A program made the translations under genes and the position numbers. A DNA stretch of 64,000 nucleotides from Candidatus Latescibacterota bacterium. GTDB lineage: Bacteria > Latescibacterota > UBA2968. The stretch is from contig OZ241986.1 of NCBI GenBank assembly GCA_965204375.1, positions 2,880,001-2,944,000 of the forward strand, given 5' to 3'. Below the pieces are notes generated by a model. It saw only the letters and a list, made by a program, of their open reading frames with translations, was not told where the DNA came from and ran no database searches. Positions 49,595-60,376 of this stretch are shown here, in pieces; position 1 is the stretch's first letter, and every line of letters starts with the position of its first letter.

Positions 49595-50635
49595 TTATAT
49601 CTCCACCGCCTGAAGCAGGGCTTTGATAAAACCAAACTGGAAGGCGAATGCCTGCTCGAAATGCCCTTGTGCCTCATGTCCAGGCGCGTGATCGGGAACA
49701 ATCATGTGCGGATAGCCCACTTCCTTGAGTGCTTTCATAAGGACAAACATATTCATATCGCCCTCATCGGGATAAACTTCCTGAAACTTGTTGCGCCCGC
49801 CCGTAATATTGCGAAAGTGGATAAGATGAATTTTTTTTCTCTCCCCAAAATAGCGAATAATATCGGCCACCTCATTGCGCGGATCCACAACGCTCTCCGC
49901 CATGCAACCGAGACAGAGATTGAGACCGTGATAAGGACTTGGGCAAATATCGATAAAACTCTTGAACCCATCGTATCCACCCAGCACGCGATCAACACCT
50001 TTGTAACCGGGCGGCAACCAGGGGTCGCACGGATGACAGGCCATACGCACTTTGCATTCGGTAGCAACCGGAATAACGCGCTCTAAAAAGAAAGTGATAT
50101 TTTCCCAGTTCTGTTCTGCTGTAACCGGTTCATCATACCGCGGCGTATCCGCATCGGCCTTAGACAAATCCCACGTGGAATAGCGCACGTCCCCTCGCCC
50201 GAGCGGAACGCCTTCCGTGCGTTGATTTTCCATTTCGCAAAGAAAATACTTCAGCGCGGGAATACCCGCATCTGCGGCAACGCGCACCATATCGCAGGCG
50301 ATCTCGATTTCCTTTTCGCCGTCCTTCATATTCCCGCGCATAAACTCGGGCACAAAACTGCCATCGACATTGAGGTGTTGCACCGGCAATGCCACCATTT
50401 CCACGGTAATGCCGTGTTTTGCTGCTTTTTCTTTTTTTTCCACGATCTCTTCTACTGTCCAGCCGCTACTTGGATCTGACGTAATTTCCCTGGCATCGTT
50501 GAGCGCCATATTTGTAACACCACACCGCGCGAGAAATTCGAGATGCTCATCCGACGTGGAAAAACGCTGTGTACCAATATGCATGCGCGGGTTTTCCGGA
50601 TTCCATTCTGCGCCTGCATACATTTCGGCTGCCAT
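49595..50635 (-). CDS. uxuA: Mannonate dehydratase family protein
   Basis: FLERVIPVA, MACHPCDP, IHFRN, E.YPDEGD, PDHAP. Confidence 0.8.
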   Translation of the reverse strand: MAAEMYAGAEWNPENPRMHIGTQRFSTSDEHLEFLARCGVTNMALNDAREITSDPSSGWTVEEIVEKKEKAAKHGITVEMVALPVQHLNVDGSFVPEFMRGNMKDGEKEIEIACDMVRVAADAGIPALKYFLCEMENQRTEGVPLGRGDVRYSTWDLSKADADTPRYDEPVTAEQNWENITFFLERVIPVATECKVRMACHPCDPWLPPGYKGVDRVLGGYDGFKSFIDICPSPYHGLNLCLGCMAESVVDPRNEVADIIRYFGERKKIHLIHFRNITGGRNKFQEVYPDEGDMNMFVLMKALKEVGYPHMIVPDHAPGHEAQGHFEQAFAFQFGFIKALLQAVEI

Positions 50636-50823
50636 AGTTAAATCTCCTGTATTTTTTAATGAACTGGTCTGAACTGCGACCAGTTGAACACCGCTCCCTA
50701 ATTCCTAATTTGTCATGATAATGCAAGAATTTCTGGATAGCAACATGATTGGGGATTGTGGAGGGTATAAAATTGTGGTATCTTCTCACTCCTCAAGTCC
50801 ACCCCTATAAACAGGAGTGTTTT

Positions 50824-52062
50824 ATGCAAGTCGAAATCAACAAACACGCCTTAGACCGCGTACCGATATCGATAATTTTTGATGACTCGACCGTACTGGT
50901 AAATTTAAATTACTTTTTTATGCGAGATCGCCAGGCTGTAGATGGCACAGATTACCGCTGGGAAGATGTACCTGTAGTACATCCTGAATCATTCACACGC
51001 GAATTTGCCGAATTCTGCCTGGAACACGATGTAAAAGGCAAATTCAGCGTGGTACCGTGTCCCGCCGCGCTTGGGCGAATAGACCATGGACTCTCCCTGT
51101 TCTCCAAAGCGCAACAGGAAAGCTGGTTGACGATGTGTCGGGAACTGATTATGCCCAATTACGACATCACGCCGGAAATGATCACACACACCTTTGTCGT
51201 TGACCTCGAAACATTGCAACCCATCGATCCAAACTTGTGGGAACAATGGGGATGGAACAATCTACCAACCGACGAAGAAGAGCGGGTAACAAATTATATC
51301 GCGCTGGCGTGTGAGATCTTGCACAATGTGGGCCTGACACCTGCAGGCGTCACAAGCCCGGGAGGATTTGGCAATCCAATAGACTTTTATGCAAAATGTG
51401 CGGAAAATGCCGTGCGCAGGGTAACGGGCAATCCAACACCGTATCTATTTAAGCGCGTATCGTCCAGCGGTACGGTAGATTGCCCGGTGTGGTATCCCAA
51501 ACCCGAACGCGGCGAAGCAATGGGTGAAGTGATCGCAGCGACGGGTGATCGCACGGGATCGTGGACCGGATATGGCGAGGTAGATGTAGATTATTACATC
51601 ACATCGGATCTTCAAGGTGGGCGTTTGCCCGAAGTCATTGACGCGGGCGATCCTGCCGTGATGATCAGCCATTGGCAGGGATTTTACGGAATACACAATG
51701 AGGACCGCCGCGGATTTCGGGCATTTCAGACCATTGTGCGGCGGCTCAAAGAACGCGATCCCAATGGCGAGAAATCTCAGTGGCACAAATGCAGTGAAAT
51801 TACCAATTATGCAATCGCACGCGAAATGGCTGATGTCACAGTAAAAGAACAAATAATAACACTCGATTTACCCGTACAGGTGCCCGAATTCACATTGCGA
51901 TTGCGCGAAATAACAGTTGCAGGCGTAAAAATAAACGGCAAACCCCTGACACCCGCGCTGACAAAAGCGGCTTTTCGAGATGGCACATATTATCGAGATG
52001 GCGATATAACACTGGTGGCCTTTACGCCCGAAGAACAAAATATCAGAGTTGAAATAGAATAA
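50824..52062 (+). CDS. Conserved hypothetical protein, possibly polysaccharide-deacetylase-like barrel
   Basis: Long ORF with AGGAG RBS; IIFDDS, VKGKFSVVP, PEMITH, TSPGGFG, SHW. Confidence 0.6.
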   Translation: MQVEINKHALDRVPISIIFDDSTVLVNLNYFFMRDRQAVDGTDYRWEDVPVVHPESFTREFAEFCLEHDVKGKFSVVPCPAALGRIDHGLSLFSKAQQESWLTMCRELIMPNYDITPEMITHTFVVDLETLQPIDPNLWEQWGWNNLPTDEEERVTNYIALACEILHNVGLTPAGVTSPGGFGNPIDFYAKCAENAVRRVTGNPTPYLFKRVSSSGTVDCPVWYPKPERGEAMGEVIAATGDRTGSWTGYGEVDVDYYITSDLQGGRLPEVIDAGDPAVMISHWQGFYGIHNEDRRGFRAFQTIVRRLKERDPNGEKSQWHKCSEITNYAIAREMADVTVKEQIITLDLPVQVPEFTLRLREITVAGVKINGKPLTPALTKAAFRDGTYYRDGDITLVAFTPEEQNIRVEIE

Positions 52063-52076
52063 CGGGAAAAACAAGA

Positions 52077-54152
52077 ATGACAGAAGCAAAACTCAAACGG
52101 GAAATCGGCTTACTCGGCGTCTATGCCATTGCAACGGGCACGACCTTAAGCGCGGGATTCTTTTTATTGCCGGGTCTGGCTGCCGAACAGGCCGGTGCGG
52201 CCATTGTACTGGCATATATCGTCGCCGCTACTCCACTCGTACCGGCGATGTTCAGCATTATTGAACTGGCAACCGCGATGCCTCGCGCAGGTGGCGTCTA
52301 TTATTTTTTAGACCGATCACTCGGACCGTGGATGGGCACGCTTGGTGGCATTGGCACATGGCTCGCACTCGTATTAAAAGTATCATTCGCACTCGTGGGC
52401 ATGGGAGCGTACATCGCACTTTATGTACCCGAGTTGCCAATGATCCCCGTAGCCGTCGCAATTGCGGTTGGACTGGGCATACTGAATCTATTGGGCGCGC
52501 AGAAAAGCGGTGGATTTCAGATGGTATTGGTCCTGGGTTTGTTGATGATCTTGGGGATATTTATTGGAGGAGGCGTCCCCAGTATTGAACGCGCGCGATT
52601 AACCGCGATATTCGAGGCAGATGTCCAGACGGTTTTATCCACAGCGGGCCTGGTCTATATCAGTTATGTCGGCGTGACAACCGTAGCGAGTTTATCAGAA
52701 GAAGTAAAACATCCCGAACGCAATTTGCCTCTCGGCGTCATCTTCTCATTAATTACGGCGGTTCTGGTCTATGCGTTGGGCACGGGCGTCATGGTCGGTG
52801 TATTGCCTCTCGAGCAACTGGTGGGAGATTTAACGCCCGCCGCCTCAGCGGCCAAAGCCGTATTTGGCGATTGGGGTGCGTTAATCATCTCTCTGGCAGC
52901 CCTCCTCGCCTTTACATCGGTCGCCAATGCGGGAATGCTTTCGGCTTCTCGCTTTCCCCTGGCAATGAGCCGAGACCACATGATGCCGGGATTTTTTCAG
53001 CATTTGAATGCAAGAGGCGCACCCGTTCAAGGAGTATTGGTGACCATGGGCGTAATTGTTTTAATCCTCATCTTTCTCGACCCAACCAAAATTGCCAAAT
53101 TGGCCAGTGCGTTTCAATTATTGATGTTCGCGCTGGTATGCCTGGCAGTAATTGTCATGCGCGAAAGCGGGTTGGCTTCTTACGACTCGGGATATCATTC
53201 ACCGCTGTACCCGTGGATGCAGATATTCGGCATAGTAGCTTCGTGTACGTTAATCATTGAAATGGGCTGGTTATCGTCTCTATTCTCCCTGGGTCTGATC
53301 CTGTTGGGAACAATCTGGTACTTCAAATTTGCCCGAGACAAAGTCAACCGCGACGGTGCGATTTACCACATGTTTGAACGCTGGGGACAAAGGCGACACA
53401 CCGGACTGGATATCGAACTGCGGGGCATCCTGAAGGAAAAGGGATTGCGCGACGAAGATCCCTTTGAAGAAGTCGCGGCTCGAAGCCTGGTCATCGACCT
53501 GGATCGCCCGGCCGAATTTGAGGATATTGTGCGGCAGGTATCGAAATGGTTATCGGGTCGCGTGCCACACACCGTAGATGAAATTGAGAAACAATTGCTG
53601 GACCGCACGCATATTGGATCGACACCTGTGACGCACGGCGTGGGATTGCCACATCTGCGAATTGATGGAATCGAACACTGCGAAATGGTCCTCGTGCGAT
53701 CACTGCCGGGCATTCACATCCAGTTTGCAGACCCACTGACCGGGCATGAGGTAGAAACGCAACTAACCGCGATCTTTTTCTTATTCAGCCCAGAACACGA
53801 CCCCTCACAGCACCTGCGTATTCTGGCACAAATTGCGCGGCGTGCAGACGATGAAAACTTCTTGCGCGAATGGCACTCCGCCAGCGATGAAGTCGAGTTA
53901 AAAGAAGCCCTGTTGCGCGACGATGCCTTTTTATTATTGACATTGCGCCGCGACCACGCGACCGCCGACCTCATTGGCCGCGCCCTGATCGAGACGGATT
54001 TCCCAGAAGGCTGTCTCGTGGCAATATTGCGCCGCGGCGGGCGCATGGTGATTCCCCGTGGCAATACCGTATTGCGAGAAAATGATCGCTTGACAATTTT
54101 GGGAAACAACGAAGGATTGCGAGACCTCGAAGTGCGATTTGGCGAGCGGTGA
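52077..54152 (+). CDS. APC amino-acid permease fused to PTS EIIA-like and TrkA_C (RCK_C) domains
   Basis: ELATAMPRAGG.Y, SEEVKHPERNLP; GSTPVTHGVGLPH and HLRILAQIA; RRGGRMVIPRGNTVLRENDRLTILG. Confidence 0.88.
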   Translation: MTEAKLKREIGLLGVYAIATGTTLSAGFFLLPGLAAEQAGAAIVLAYIVAATPLVPAMFSIIELATAMPRAGGVYYFLDRSLGPWMGTLGGIGTWLALVLKVSFALVGMGAYIALYVPELPMIPVAVAIAVGLGILNLLGAQKSGGFQMVLVLGLLMILGIFIGGGVPSIERARLTAIFEADVQTVLSTAGLVYISYVGVTTVASLSEEVKHPERNLPLGVIFSLITAVLVYALGTGVMVGVLPLEQLVGDLTPAASAAKAVFGDWGALIISLAALLAFTSVANAGMLSASRFPLAMSRDHMMPGFFQHLNARGAPVQGVLVTMGVIVLILIFLDPTKIAKLASAFQLLMFALVCLAVIVMRESGLASYDSGYHSPLYPWMQIFGIVASCTLIIEMGWLSSLFSLGLILLGTIWYFKFARDKVNRDGAIYHMFERWGQRRHTGLDIELRGILKEKGLRDEDPFEEVAARSLVIDLDRPAEFEDIVRQVSKWLSGRVPHTVDEIEKQLLDRTHIGSTPVTHGVGLPHLRIDGIEHCEMVLVRSLPGIHIQFADPLTGHEVETQLTAIFFLFSPEHDPSQHLRILAQIARRADDENFLREWHSASDEVELKEALLRDDAFLLLTLRRDHATADLIGRALIETDFPEGCLVAILRRGGRMVIPRGNTVLRENDRLTILGNNEGLRDLEVRFGER

Positions 54153-54167
54153 GTCTCGGCACCCAGA

Positions 54168-55712
54168 TCACCCGTAGAGACGGCCAACAGTCTCGGGGTG
54201 TTTGCGAGCCTCGCGCATGAGGCGATTGCCCCACGTAGTGGGATATCTGCCCGTGACACACCCCAGACACAGGGTATCTGTTTCACACCCAATGCTGGAA
54301 CCCAGATCGGGAACATCGAGGTACCTCAGGCTATCGACATCGAGATCGATAGCCATTTTTTTTAGCGTTTGTGCGCTGGGCATACCCCGGTATCGCACCG
54401 GGACGTGTTCGGGGGCAAAGAGTTCGTCCAGAGTCGTCATATCAATCCCGTAAAAACACGGTGCAACAATGGGCGGACAGGCCACGCGCACATGTACTTC
54501 GGTCGCACCGCCGATATCGCGCACCTGGTGGGCAAGGGTGCGAAGTGTGAGGGAGCGCACAATAGAATCTTCCACGAGGAAAACGCGCTTGCCCGATAAA
54601 ACAGAGGCCAATGACGTGTACTTGCTCTTAGCACTCTGCGAGCGGGTGGTTTTGGGCTGGATAAACGTGCGCCCCACATAGCGATTGCGGATCACACCTT
54701 CCATACAGGGCATATTCAGGGTGTGGGCATAGGCATCGGCTGCGGCTTTGGCCGTATCGGGAACAGGCACAACCACACATGAATCGTCGATTTTCTGGTT
54801 TTCTTTTTTGGCCAAAATACGACCGGCATCAGCGCGAGAAGTATAAACACTGAGGCCGTCAATTTCACTGGCAACATTGGAAAAATAAACCCATTCAAAA
54901 AAGCAACGCGCTGTTTTTTTCGGTTCCGTATAGCGCGCAACGCGCAAATCGCCATTTTCGATAATCACCATTTCGCCGGGTTTGAGCCATTTGATATCGC
55001 CAAAACCGAGATTGGAAAGAGCCGTTGATTCATTGGCTGCGGCAAAAAGGCGACCTTTCACCCCCCAGCACATGGGATGCAAACCGAGCGGATCGCGCGA
55101 GACGAACATACGTCCCGAGGCATCGAGAAATGCGATATTATAAGCGCCGTCAAAATCGCGGGAAAGCGAACGCATCACATCGGCCAGATCGGGCGCATTT
55201 TCACCCTTCAACCGATACGCCAGAGTATGCATGATGATTTCGGTATCGATATTGAGGGTAAAGTGATACCCCTGCTTGGACAACAGGCGTTCGCGCAACA
55301 GCGTGTAATTGGCCAGATTGCCATTAAAAGCCAGACTAAACCATTTCCAAATACGCCCGTGCTGCCGTTCAAAGGGCTGTGCATATCGCACATCATCTTC
55401 GCCACTGGTGGCATAGCGCGTATGTCCAATCGCAGCAATTCCCGCATATTGGTTAATAATGGACTGGAATTTGCCTGGATGCGACATGCGAAAGGCTTCG
55501 GTAACGCCACCCAAGTCTTTAAACGTGCGCAAAAGGTGATCGCGGTCGGGGTGATAGGAGCAATACCCCGCGGCGAGTTGTCCCCTGTTTTGGAGGTCGA
55601 GCAACATACTCGGCATAAGTGCTGCAACATTTTCAAAATCATCGGCATTGCCGTTTTCCCTGAGCCAGTAGAGGGCTGCCACGCCGCATTCGTGACCAAT
55701 ATCTTCGCTCAT
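54168..55712 (-). CDS. purF: Amidophosphoribosyltransferase (Fe-S / propeptide type)
   Basis: ECG, LQNRGQ, GHTRYAT, VEDSIVRS, PCFYGID, CLGC. Confidence 0.95.
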   Translation of the reverse strand: MSEDIGHECGVAALYWLRENGNADDFENVAALMPSMLLDLQNRGQLAAGYCSYHPDRDHLLRTFKDLGGVTEAFRMSHPGKFQSIINQYAGIAAIGHTRYATSGEDDVRYAQPFERQHGRIWKWFSLAFNGNLANYTLLRERLLSKQGYHFTLNIDTEIIMHTLAYRLKGENAPDLADVMRSLSRDFDGAYNIAFLDASGRMFVSRDPLGLHPMCWGVKGRLFAAANESTALSNLGFGDIKWLKPGEMVIIENGDLRVARYTEPKKTARCFFEWVYFSNVASEIDGLSVYTSRADAGRILAKKENQKIDDSCVVVPVPDTAKAAADAYAHTLNMPCMEGVIRNRYVGRTFIQPKTTRSQSAKSKYTSLASVLSGKRVFLVEDSIVRSLTLRTLAHQVRDIGGATEVHVRVACPPIVAPCFYGIDMTTLDELFAPEHVPVRYRGMPSAQTLKKMAIDLDVDSLRYLDVPDLGSSIGCETDTLCLGCVTGRYPTTWGNRLMREARKHPETVGRLYG

Positions 55713-55721
55713 AAAAATCTC

Positions 55722-56825
55722 CTATCCCAATGCCTGATTCTGCATATAATGAATTCCAGCAACAATTTCTTCGTGCGTCACATCATCTCGCGGCACAATT
55801 TTTCCAATCCGTTCGGGCAATACAAAGCGGATGACACCGTCCCGCGCTTTCTTATCACTTGCCATTCGCGCCAACACCTCATCGACTTTCAAATCGGGCA
55901 CACCCCTGGGAATGCCCAGACGGGCAATAAGTGCATTTTGCCGCTCAAACGCATCTTGCGACCACATCCCCTTTTGCACTGCGATATACCCTGCAGCCAG
56001 CATCCCCAAACACACCGCCTCGCCGTGTTTGTAATAATCGTAATGCGTCACCACTTCCAGGGCGTGTCCCACCGTATGGCCGTAATTCAAAATTTCGCGC
56101 AAGCCCTTCTCGGTTTCATCGGCAGCCACAACACCCGCCTTGATGCGACACTGTTGGGCAACGAGCCAATTGATCTGATCCGCGGGCAGGCTTAAACTTG
56201 CCGCGCCCTCAATACAATCTTCCAAAAACGCCACCAGACCGGGATCGCGTATAATCCCGTGCTTGATCACCTCTGCCATACCCGCTCGCACTTCGCGTTT
56301 GGGCAAGGTATCGAGTGTAGCCGTATCGATCAACACCAACTTTGGCTGGTGAAAAGCACCGATCATGTTCTTTCCAAAAACGTGATCCACGGCTGTTTTG
56401 CCCCCCACACTGGCATCGACCTGTGCTTCCAGCGTCGTGGGCACCTGCACAAAATCAACCCCCCTCAAATACGTCGCAGCGACAAACCCAGCCATATCGC
56501 CGACCACACCACCGCCCAATGTCACAACACAGGACTTGCGATCCAATCCCGCCGCAATCAAATCGCCGTAGATCTGCCCAGCCGTCTCAAGCGTCTTGTA
56601 TTGCTCGCCATCGGACACGGTTACGACCACAACCTTCACACCGGCGCGGGCGAGACTCTGCCGAACCGTATCGAGATAGAGCGCAGCAACTGTCGGATTG
56701 GTCACAATCGCCGCTGTTTCTCCCAACCCTCGCTCTACATACAGATCTCCCAAATCGCGCAAACAATCGCGACCGATTAAAATATCGTAACTTCGATCAT
56801 CTAAATCAACCGTCACTATTTCCAT
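55722..56825 (-). CDS. aroB: 3-dehydroquinate synthase
   Basis: GGGVVGD, DASVGGKT, KNMIGAFHQP, LNYGHTVGHA. Confidence 0.96.
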   Translation of the reverse strand: MEIVTVDLDDRSYDILIGRDCLRDLGDLYVERGLGETAAIVTNPTVAALYLDTVRQSLARAGVKVVVVTVSDGEQYKTLETAGQIYGDLIAAGLDRKSCVVTLGGGVVGDMAGFVAATYLRGVDFVQVPTTLEAQVDASVGGKTAVDHVFGKNMIGAFHQPKLVLIDTATLDTLPKREVRAGMAEVIKHGIIRDPGLVAFLEDCIEGAASLSLPADQINWLVAQQCRIKAGVVAADETEKGLREILNYGHTVGHALEVVTHYDYYKHGEAVCLGMLAAGYIAVQKGMWSQDAFERQNALIARLGIPRGVPDLKVDEVLARMASDKKARDGVIRFVLPERIGKIVPRDDVTHEEIVAGIHYMQNQALG

Positions 56826-56827
56826 TG

Positions 56828-57376
56828 TCAATCCCGATCCAGAACGCGCTGTAATTCAATCAATGCTGTCTCTGCCGTATCTTCGGGCGAGCAATCATTT
56901 GTCGAAGTTGCAAACGCATCTGCACGCGCATAGAATGGCTCTCGCTCTGCCATCATTATCTTAATTTTGTTTTTCAAATCCTCGTCATCCAGCCCGGCCA
57001 GCAAGGGCCTTTCATCGCGCTTGCGACTGACCCGTTCAAAAATTGTATCGACAGAAGCGCGGAAACACAAACACACGCCGGTTTTGCGAATGACCGCCCA
57101 ATTCCGCTCCTGCGTGATGGCACCACCACCGAGAGAAACGATCACATTGCCCATCTTCGATGCCACGACAACCGCCTGGTGTTCCAACTGGCGAAATGCG
57201 GTTTCACCGCATTCCTCAAAAATTTCCGGAATTGTTTTCCCAGCGGCATCGACCACCAATTCATCTGTATCGACAAAGGTCCGATTCAACCATCCGGACA
57301 AAATGCGCCCGACTCTGGTTTTCCCCGTTGCCATAAAACCGGTGAGAAATATGGGTTTATCAGGTAGATCAAACAC
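56828..57376 (-). CDS. aroK: Shikimate kinase
   Basis: GFMATGKT, DTD, GETAFR, SLGGG, RPLL. Confidence 0.95.
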   Translation of the reverse strand: MFDLPDKPIFLTGFMATGKTRVGRILSGWLNRTFVDTDELVVDAAGKTIPEIFEECGETAFRQLEHQAVVVASKMGNVIVSLGGGAITQERNWAVIRKTGVCLCFRASVDTIFERVSRKRDERPLLAGLDDEDLKNKIKIMMAEREPFYARADAFATSTNDCSPEDTAETALIELQRVLDRD

Positions 57377-57398
57377 AGTGCTCTTCCACGATACGTTA

Positions 57399-59105
57399 TC
57401 ACATCTGTTCTGGCGCTTTCATCCCCAGCAAAGTTAGGCCCGATGCCAGCACCGTCTTAATCGCATAGACCAGTGCGACGCGGGCAGCCGTCAAATCCGC
57501 TTGTTCAGAAATAACCTGATGGGCATTGTAAAACCGATTGGCGACCGTACACAATTCAATCATAAGCGTTGTCACCACAGAGGGTTCGTATTCGTCCGCA
57601 GCTTTTTGAATCTGCCCTGGAAATCGCGCAAGGCACTTGACGACCTCAATGGCTTCTGGCTCATTTAACAACGCGAAGTCGATATCTCGCAGTGGCAAAG
57701 TGCCGTCATAACGCCGCAACACACTGCAATATCGCGCGTGGGTATATTGCAGATAGGGACCGGTTTCGCCGTTGAAATTTAAAACCTCGTCCCAATCAAA
57801 CACAATATCGCGCGTCCGTTTGGAATCCAGATCCGCAAAAATAATCGCACCAATGCCCACATCTCGTGCAATCTGATCACTATTGGGCAAATCGGGATTC
57901 TTATCGGCAATAATTTTTCGCGTCAACTCAATCGCGCGATTCAGCACATCTTCCAAAAAAACCACATTGCCCCTGCGCGTTGAGGCTCCAGTGCCATCTT
58001 TGAATCGCAGCCGCCCAAATTGCACATGCGCGCATTTTTCTCGCCAGTCGTATTCCATCAATTCCAACACCTGAAACAACTGGCGAAAATACAGCGATTG
58101 CGCCACATCCACCACATAGAGCAATTTTTCAAAGCGATATGTTTCCCACCGATACTCCAGCGCGGCCAAATCGCGCGTACCGTACAATGTCGCATCGTCG
58201 CTTCGCAATGCGATCAAAGGTGGCATATCCCATTTTTCCAGATCCACAATGGTCGCGCCTTCGCTCTCCGTCAGCAACCCCTTTGACCGCAAACGCTCCA
58301 ATGTCGCGGGCATCTTATCCTGATAAAAACTCTCTCCGGCAATCGACTCAAACCCAATGCCCAGCATATCGTAAACGCGATCAAACTCCTTAAAACTCAC
58401 ATCCACGCACACCTGCCACATCCGCACGGCTTCTTCATCGCCGTCTTCGAGGCGGCGAAACCAATCGCGGGCTTCTTGTTCGAGTTTGGGATTGTCTTCA
58501 ATCTCTTCATTAATGCGAACATAGAGTTCCAACAACTTCTGAATGGTAATATTCGCCGTCAATTCGCCCTCACCCCAGTAATTCCACGCCAGAATCAATT
58601 TCGCAAACTGAGACCCCCAATCGCCCAGATGATTCACCCCAATCACTTCATAGCCCAATGCCCGATAAATATTTCGCAAGGCATTGCCAATCACCGTTGA
58701 CCGCAGATGGTGAATGCCAAATGGCTTGGCAATATTGGGATGCGAAAAATCGATCACAACCGTCTTTCCAGCACCGTGATCCCCGCACCCGTAATCCGCA
58801 CCCTGTTCGAGAACCACAGAGAGTGTCTCTCCCACCAAATTGGTCTTCGGCACAAAAAAATTGAGATACGGACCTGTGGAACGCACCTCGGAAATTCGCT
58901 CACCCGTCACAATTTGTGCAGATAATTCTTCGGCAATCAGATGGGGAGCTTTGCGAAAAATTTTGGCCAACGTAAAACACGGCAAAGCATAATCGCCCAT
59001 CTCGGGTTTTGGCGGTGTCTCGATCAGCGCCTTCACATCGCCACAAGACATCTCAGTTGCTTTTGACACCTGCAATACAATTTCTTCAACAAAAGGATTG
59101 ACCAC
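57399..59105 (-). CDS. argS: Arginine--tRNA ligase
   Basis: DFSHPNIAK, HLRST.IG, HLGDWG, GETGPYLQYTHAR, terminal APEQM. Confidence 0.96.
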   Translation of the reverse strand: MVNPFVEEIVLQVSKATEMSCGDVKALIETPPKPEMGDYALPCFTLAKIFRKAPHLIAEELSAQIVTGERISEVRSTGPYLNFFVPKTNLVGETLSVVLEQGADYGCGDHGAGKTVVIDFSHPNIAKPFGIHHLRSTVIGNALRNIYRALGYEVIGVNHLGDWGSQFAKLILAWNYWGEGELTANITIQKLLELYVRINEEIEDNPKLEQEARDWFRRLEDGDEEAVRMWQVCVDVSFKEFDRVYDMLGIGFESIAGESFYQDKMPATLERLRSKGLLTESEGATIVDLEKWDMPPLIALRSDDATLYGTRDLAALEYRWETYRFEKLLYVVDVAQSLYFRQLFQVLELMEYDWREKCAHVQFGRLRFKDGTGASTRRGNVVFLEDVLNRAIELTRKIIADKNPDLPNSDQIARDVGIGAIIFADLDSKRTRDIVFDWDEVLNFNGETGPYLQYTHARYCSVLRRYDGTLPLRDIDFALLNEPEAIEVVKCLARFPGQIQKAADEYEPSVVTTLMIELCTVANRFYNAHQVISEQADLTAARVALVYAIKTVLASGLTLLGMKAPEQM

Positions 59106-59148
59106 AAAATACCTCCACTATCTCAAGGGCCTCTTTCCCTGCCCTCCC

Positions 59149-59613
59149 CTATTTCAAAATATCCAAATCCAAAATTTTTTGTACATCGGCCTTCACTTGC
59201 GCGGGCACGCGAAATCGATAGCTTTTTCGTTGAGAAATGAGTTCCAAATCGCGCTCTGTGCGCCACACATATCTCGAAAAACGCTGCCAGGGCATATAGC
59301 GCATACCCATCAGCAATCCGCGCGCACTCATAGTTACGCGAATGGTAGCATACGCGATATAAAAAAATTCGAGAGAAAGCAAAAAACCGAACAATTGCGG
59401 CACAAATCCCACGCCATCTGAAATCGCAGCCCCCCGAAACAGCACAATCCCCCCCATCACAATCAAAAGCACATCCCATCGTTTCTGCAAAAAAACCACC
59501 ACAGGCTCCTGTGTATTGGACACATGACGCCGCAATCGCCAATAGGCCACAATAGACGCGCCCAATAAAATGGGAGCGAGAATCAACACGATTTGTATAA
59601 GTGTCAAAGACAT
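59149..59613 (-). CDS. Hypothetical membrane protein (3 TM plus a PH-like tail)
   Basis: Three hydrophobic segments followed by GLL....MPW.RF..Y.W; in operon context. Confidence 0.6.
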   Translation of the reverse strand: MSLTLIQIVLILAPILLGASIVAYWRLRRHVSNTQEPVVVFLQKRWDVLLIVMGGIVLFRGAAISDGVGFVPQLFGFLLSLEFFYIAYATIRVTMSARGLLMGMRYMPWQRFSRYVWRTERDLELISQRKSYRFRVPAQVKADVQKILDLDILK

Positions 59614-59614
59614 G

Positions 59615-60376
59615 TTACGTTTTCGACGCCAGATAAATAGTTGCAATCCCAAAGCTCAACTGAACCGCCTGTATATCGACAAATCCCGCATCGGACAACC
59701 GCCCGCAAAAATCATCACCTTCGGGAAAATGCATCACAGATTCATACAAATAGCGGTAGGCATTCGGGTCGCGGGAAATCATGTGTCCAATACGAGGCAA
59801 AATACGCTGAAAATAAAAATTGTAAAGGCCGCGGAACACAGGGGTTCGCGGCCTTGAAAACTCCAGCACAGCCACGCGCCCACCCACCTTGAGCACGCGG
59901 CACATCTCGCTCAGGGCCGTTTCCAACTCGGCCACATTGCGAATGCCAAATCCGATTGTCACGCCGTCAAATGTCCCCTCACCAAAAGGAAGACTCTCCC
60001 CATCGCCACACAAAAACGCGACCGGATTTGCTCGCGACTCATTTTTTTTTGTGCCCTCGCGCAACATCGGCACCGAAGGATCGACGCCGATCACCTGAAT
60101 ATCGCCAGCGCGCTTGCCGCATTCAAACCCCAAATCGCCCGTGCCCGTAGCCAGGTCCAAAATGCGCCAGTTCGGCCCGGGTCGCAATCGGTCAATAGTC
60201 TTTTTTCGCCAAACAATATCAACGCCCAGGCTCAACAGGTGGTTGAGCAAATCGTACCTGCGAGCAATCCCATCAAACATCTGCCGCACAAAAGCGCGCT
60301 TGGCTTCTGGTTTGAGCAACACATCGCGCGCAATACCCGCAGGGGCTTTAGGGCTATGCCTGTGCTCACCTCTCAT
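59615..60376 (-). CDS. ubiE: Demethylmenaquinone/ubiquinone C-methyltransferase (UbiE/MenG)
   Basis: YDLLNHLLSLG, LDLATGTGD, FGIRNV, LEFS, AY.YL.ES...FP. Confidence 0.93.
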   Translation of the reverse strand: MRGEHRHSPKAPAGIARDVLLKPEAKRAFVRQMFDGIARRYDLLNHLLSLGVDIVWRKKTIDRLRPGPNWRILDLATGTGDLGFECGKRAGDIQVIGVDPSVPMLREGTKKNESRANPVAFLCGDGESLPFGEGTFDGVTIGFGIRNVAELETALSEMCRVLKVGGRVAVLEFSRPRTPVFRGLYNFYFQRILPRIGHMISRDPNAYRYLYESVMHFPEGDDFCGRLSDAGFVDIQAVQLSFGIATIYLASKT

